DNA of 64,000 bases from Escherichia phage DCP2, in sequence record OR780565.1, one strand, 5' to 3'. Both the position numbers and the translations under genes were made by a program. Below the pieces are notes generated by a model. The model was not told the DNA's origin and did not search any database. It worked only from the letters and a program-made list of their open reading frames with translations. Positions 61,355 to 64,000 of the stretch are shown piece after piece (the first letter of the stretch is position 1; each line of letters opens with the position of its first letter).

Positions 61355-61380
61355 CCCTATCAACTACGGAGGAACAGAAA

Positions 61381-61494
61381 ATGAAAAAGATTGTTAAAGC
61401 TATATGGAATGTAGTTATAATACTAGTAGTTTTGAGTATATTCCTAATCGTTTTAATGATTGATGTATTAAACGCTTACTTTGGATTTATGTGA
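61381..61494 (+). CDS. Small hydrophobic peptide, 37 aa
   Basis: ATG with SD ggagg after the promoter; single TM-like segment. Confidence 0.35.
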   Translation: MKKIVKAIWNVVIILVVLSIFLIVLMIDVLNAYFGFM

Positions 61495-61501
61495 GGAAAA
61501 T

Positions 61502-61699
61502 ATGAAGCGTAAACGCAGTGCTTTTACATTTATTGAATGGTTTTTCGATAATATTTTTCCGGCTTTATTCATTTTCATGCTGATTTTTGCCTTAGGTTCA
61601 GTTGTAGTTGGAATCTATTTGATGACAGTAGTCGGAATTGATATTCATCAAAATGGTTTAAAATCCGTGGTTGAAACAATTTGGAATGGTGTAAAATGA
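61502..61699 (+). CDS. Small membrane protein, 65 aa
   Basis: SD tgaggaaaat; long hydrophobic core. Confidence 0.45.
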   Translation: MKRKRSAFTFIEWFFDNIFPALFIFMLIFALGSVVVGIYLMTVVGIDIHQNGLKSVVETIWNGVK

Positions 61700-61814
61700 T
61701 GAATTTGCTGAGCGGTTGGTTTTATATTCTTATGTTTTACATTGGTGCAAATTTTCCATATTGGATGGGATGGTCAACAACTGCGTTTGGATTTTATACT
61801 CCTTGAGGTGAATT

Positions 61815-62030
61815 ATGAAAAGTTTTAAAGATGTAAAAGTTGGTGAAATTTTTTGTTTAGATAACGGTGATCAGTTAATTCGTATTTCACCTCTTAAGAG
61901 CACTAGCGAAAAAATGACAGTTAATGCTACTTTAGCAAATAACAGTAATGAACGTTTCTGTATTGAAAATGATACTGAAACTTATACCGTAGAAGAGTTT
62001 TGGGAATTGAGCGTCGACTGCGACGATTAA
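61815..62030 (+). CDS. Hypothetical protein, 71 aa
   Basis: SD gaggtgaatt; followed by hairpin ggccg...cggcc. Confidence 0.5.
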   Translation: MKSFKDVKVGEIFCLDNGDQLIRISPLKSTSEKMTVNATLANNSNERFCIENDTETYTVEEFWELSVDCDD

Positions 62031-62089
62031 TTTAATGGCCGTGTGTATTCATGCGGCCTTGGAGTAGAAAATAATTAGAGGAAAATAAC

Positions 62090-62548
62090 ATGAAATATAT
62101 GACTGTTACTGATTTGAATAATGCAGGCGCAACTGTTATTGGTACAATCAAGGGTGGTGAATGGGTTTTTGGAACTCCGCATAAAGACATTTTGTCTAAC
62201 CCTGGATTTTACTTTTTAGTAAGTAAATTAGATGGTCGTCCATTTAGTAATCCATGTGTGTCTGCACGATTTTATGTAGGTAATCAGCGTTCTAAGCAAG
62301 GATTCAGTGCAGTTCTAAGTCATATTCGCCAGCGTCGATCTCAGCTTGCGCGTACTATTGCAAATAACAATGTTCCATACACGGTATTTTATCTACCTGC
62401 TTCTAAGATGAAACCTCTGACGACGGGATTTGGAAAAGGTCAGTTAGCTTTAGCGTTTACTCGTAATCATCATTCTGAGTATCAAACGCTTGAAGAAATG
62501 AATCGTATGTTGGCTGATAACTTTAAATTTGTTTTGCAGGCATATTAA
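62090..62548 (+). CDS. ndd: Nucleoid disruption protein Ndd
   Basis: 152 aa; SD gaggaaaataac; matches T4 Ndd as recalled. Confidence 0.85.
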
Positions 62549-62628
62549 TGAGTAATTTCCACAACGAACACGTGATGCAGTTCTATCGTAATAATCTTAA
62601 AACTAAAGGCGTCTTCGGACGCCAGTGA
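62548..62628 (+). CDS. stp: Stp peptide (26 aa; modulator of host restriction/anticodon nuclease)
   Basis: [26 protein letters not shown], matching T4 Stp as recalled; TAATG overlap with ndd; too short for the ORF track. Confidence 0.75.
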
Positions 62629-62635
62629 GGAAAAT

Positions 62636-62794
62636 ATGAATATCGCAAAATTATTAGGAGTTATTTCATTTATTTGTTGGATAGTAGCATGTGTTTTAAC
62701 TATCTGTATTGATGCCAGCAGTGTGTTTTCGCAAGCTTTAGCTCAGGGTATGTGTGCATATTTAACATTTGTGTTGTTATCTACTAATGATTAA
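62636..62794 (+). CDS. ac: Ac protein (acridine sensitivity), small membrane protein
   Basis: 52 aa hydrophobic; SD gaggaaaat; position between stp and 52. Confidence 0.7.
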   Translation: MNIAKLLGVISFICWIVACVLTICIDASSVFSQALAQGMCAYLTFVLLSTND

Positions 62795-62927
62795 GAAAAT
62801 CTTGGGCTACTCAGTAGCCCTTGCTGCTTTATTGGTAGCACTATATTATGGAGTAATGTTCGGATTAATTCAAGTCGTGCTTTTCATTTCTGATGTTATT
62901 ATGGCACTACATTCACTAGTATGGTAA
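62787..62927 (+). CDS. Small hydrophobic protein, 46 aa
   Basis: ATG overlapping the ac 3' end; stop just before the gene 52 start. Confidence 0.4.
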   Translation: MIKKILGYSVALAALLVALYYGVMFGLIQVVLFISDVIMALHSLVW

Positions 62928-62931
62928 ATTT

Positions 62932-64000
62932 ATGCAACTGAATAATCGCGATTTAAAAAGTATCATTGATAATGAAGCATTGGCTTATGCTATGTACACG
63001 GTTGAAAATCGTGCTATTCCAAATATGATTGATGGATTTAAGCCAGTTCAACGATTTGTTATTGCTCGAGCTCTTGATTTGGCACGGGGAAATAAAGATA
63101 AGTTTCACAAACTTGCTTCTATTGCAGGTGGTGTAGCAGACCTTGGATATCATCATGGTGAAAACTCTGCACAAGACGCAGGTGCTTTGATGGCTAACAC
63201 ATGGAATAATAACTTTCCTTTGTTAGACGGCCAAGGAAACTTTGGTTCTCGTACTGTTCAAAAGGCAGCGGCAAGTCGTTATATTTTTGCTCGTGTAAGT
63301 AAAAATTTCTATAACGTATATAAAGATACTGAATATGCTCCAGTACATCAAGATAAAGAACACATTCCGCCTGCTTTCTATTTGCCTATTATTCCTACTG
63401 TTCTTCTTAATGGCGTTTCCGGTATTGCAACTGGTTATGCAACTTACATTCTTCCTCATAGTGTTTCTTCTGTCAAGAAAGCTGTACTGCAAGCTCTTCA
63501 AGGAAAGAAAGTAACTAAACCGAAGGTAGAATTCCCAGAATTTCGTGGTGAAGTCGTTGAAATTGATGGGCAATATGAAATTCGTGGAACATATAAGTTT
63601 ACTTCACGAACTCAAATGCATATCACTGAGATTCCATATAAGTATGATCGTGAAACTTATGTGAGTAAAATCTTAGACCCGCTTGAAGATAAAGGCTTCA
63701 TTACATGGGATGATGCTTGCGGTGAGCATGGTTTTGGCTTTAAAGTTAAATTCCGAAAAGAATACTCTTTGAGCGATAATGAAGAAGAACGCCATGCAAA
63801 AATTATGAAAGACTTCGGGTTGATTGAGCGTCGTTCCCAGAATATTACCGTCATTAATGAGAAAGGAAAGCTGCAAGTTTACGATAATGTAGTTGATTTA
63901 ATCAAAGACTTCGTTGAAGTTCGTAAAACTTATGTCCAAAAACGAATTGATAACAAAATCAAAGAAACTGAATCAGCATTTCGTTTAGCTTTTGCCAAGG
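62932..64000 (+). CDS. 52: DNA topoisomerase II medium subunit gp52 (GyrA-like), 3' partial
   Basis: DGFKPVQRF motif; ORF runs to the window end. Confidence 0.95.
   Translation, partial: MQLNNRDLKSIIDNEALAYAMYTVENRAIPNMIDGFKPVQRFVIARALDLARGNKDKFHKLASIAGGVADLGYHHGENSAQDAGALMANTWNNNFPLLDGQGNFGSRTVQKAAASRYIFARVSKNFYNVYKDTEYAPVHQDKEHIPPAFYLPIIPTVLLNGVSGIATGYATYILPHSVSSVKKAVLQALQGKKVTKPKVEFPEFRGEVVEIDGQYEIRGTYKFTSRTQMHITEIPYKYDRETYVSKILDPLEDKGFITWDDACGEHGFGFKVKFRKEYSLSDNEEERHAKIMKDFGLIERRSQNITVINEKGKLQVYDNVVDLIKDFVEVRKTYVQKRIDNKIKETESAFRLAFAK

Overview
This window is about 64 kb of a T-even (T4-like, Tequatrovirus) coliphage genome, read antisense to the conventional T4 map, so essentially every gene is on the + strand. 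Gene order is T4-like throughout: an SLT-like gene and small ORFs, tk, rI, the hyperplastic rI-to-nrdC block, nrdC, pin, 49, nrdD, nrdG, nrdH, 55, a-gt, 47, 46, rpbA, 45, 44, 62, regA, 43, imm, 42, a glycosyltransferase in the beta-gt slot, uvsX, 40, 41, dmd, sp, 61, dam, 56, soc, mrh, modB, modA, srd, dda, dexA, motB, cef/goF-like genes, 39, rIIA, rIIB, denB, ndd, stp, ac and the 5' part of 52. Identifications rest on ORF length and position, recognisable motifs and my recollection of T4 proteins; no database search was possible, and names of small ORFs are deliberately left blank. The phage looks T2/T6-like rather than T4 itself: nrdD is one uninterrupted 605-aa ORF, gene 39 is one 605-aa ORF (no separate gene 60), no homing-endonuclease genes were recognised, and the beta-gt slot holds a different glycosyltransferase. 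Intergenic regions carry many T4-type early promoters (GTTTAC ... TGGTAtaAT), some MotA-box middle promoters, one late promoter before soc, and GC-stem/UUCG-loop terminator hairpins. No tRNA, rRNA or CRISPR was seen. Most of the window is canonical phage biology. The best candidates for something undescribed are (1) a divergent pair between gene 61 and dam: a minus-strand membrane peptide with a strong RBS and a 186-aa protein with a PD-(D/E)xK-like signature whose stop overlaps the dam start, (2) a macro-domain-like protein upstream of tk, (3) a nucleotidyltransferase-fold / membrane / P-loop ATPase cluster, and (4) four tandem paralogs with coiled-coil C-termini. All need homology or structure searches to confirm.
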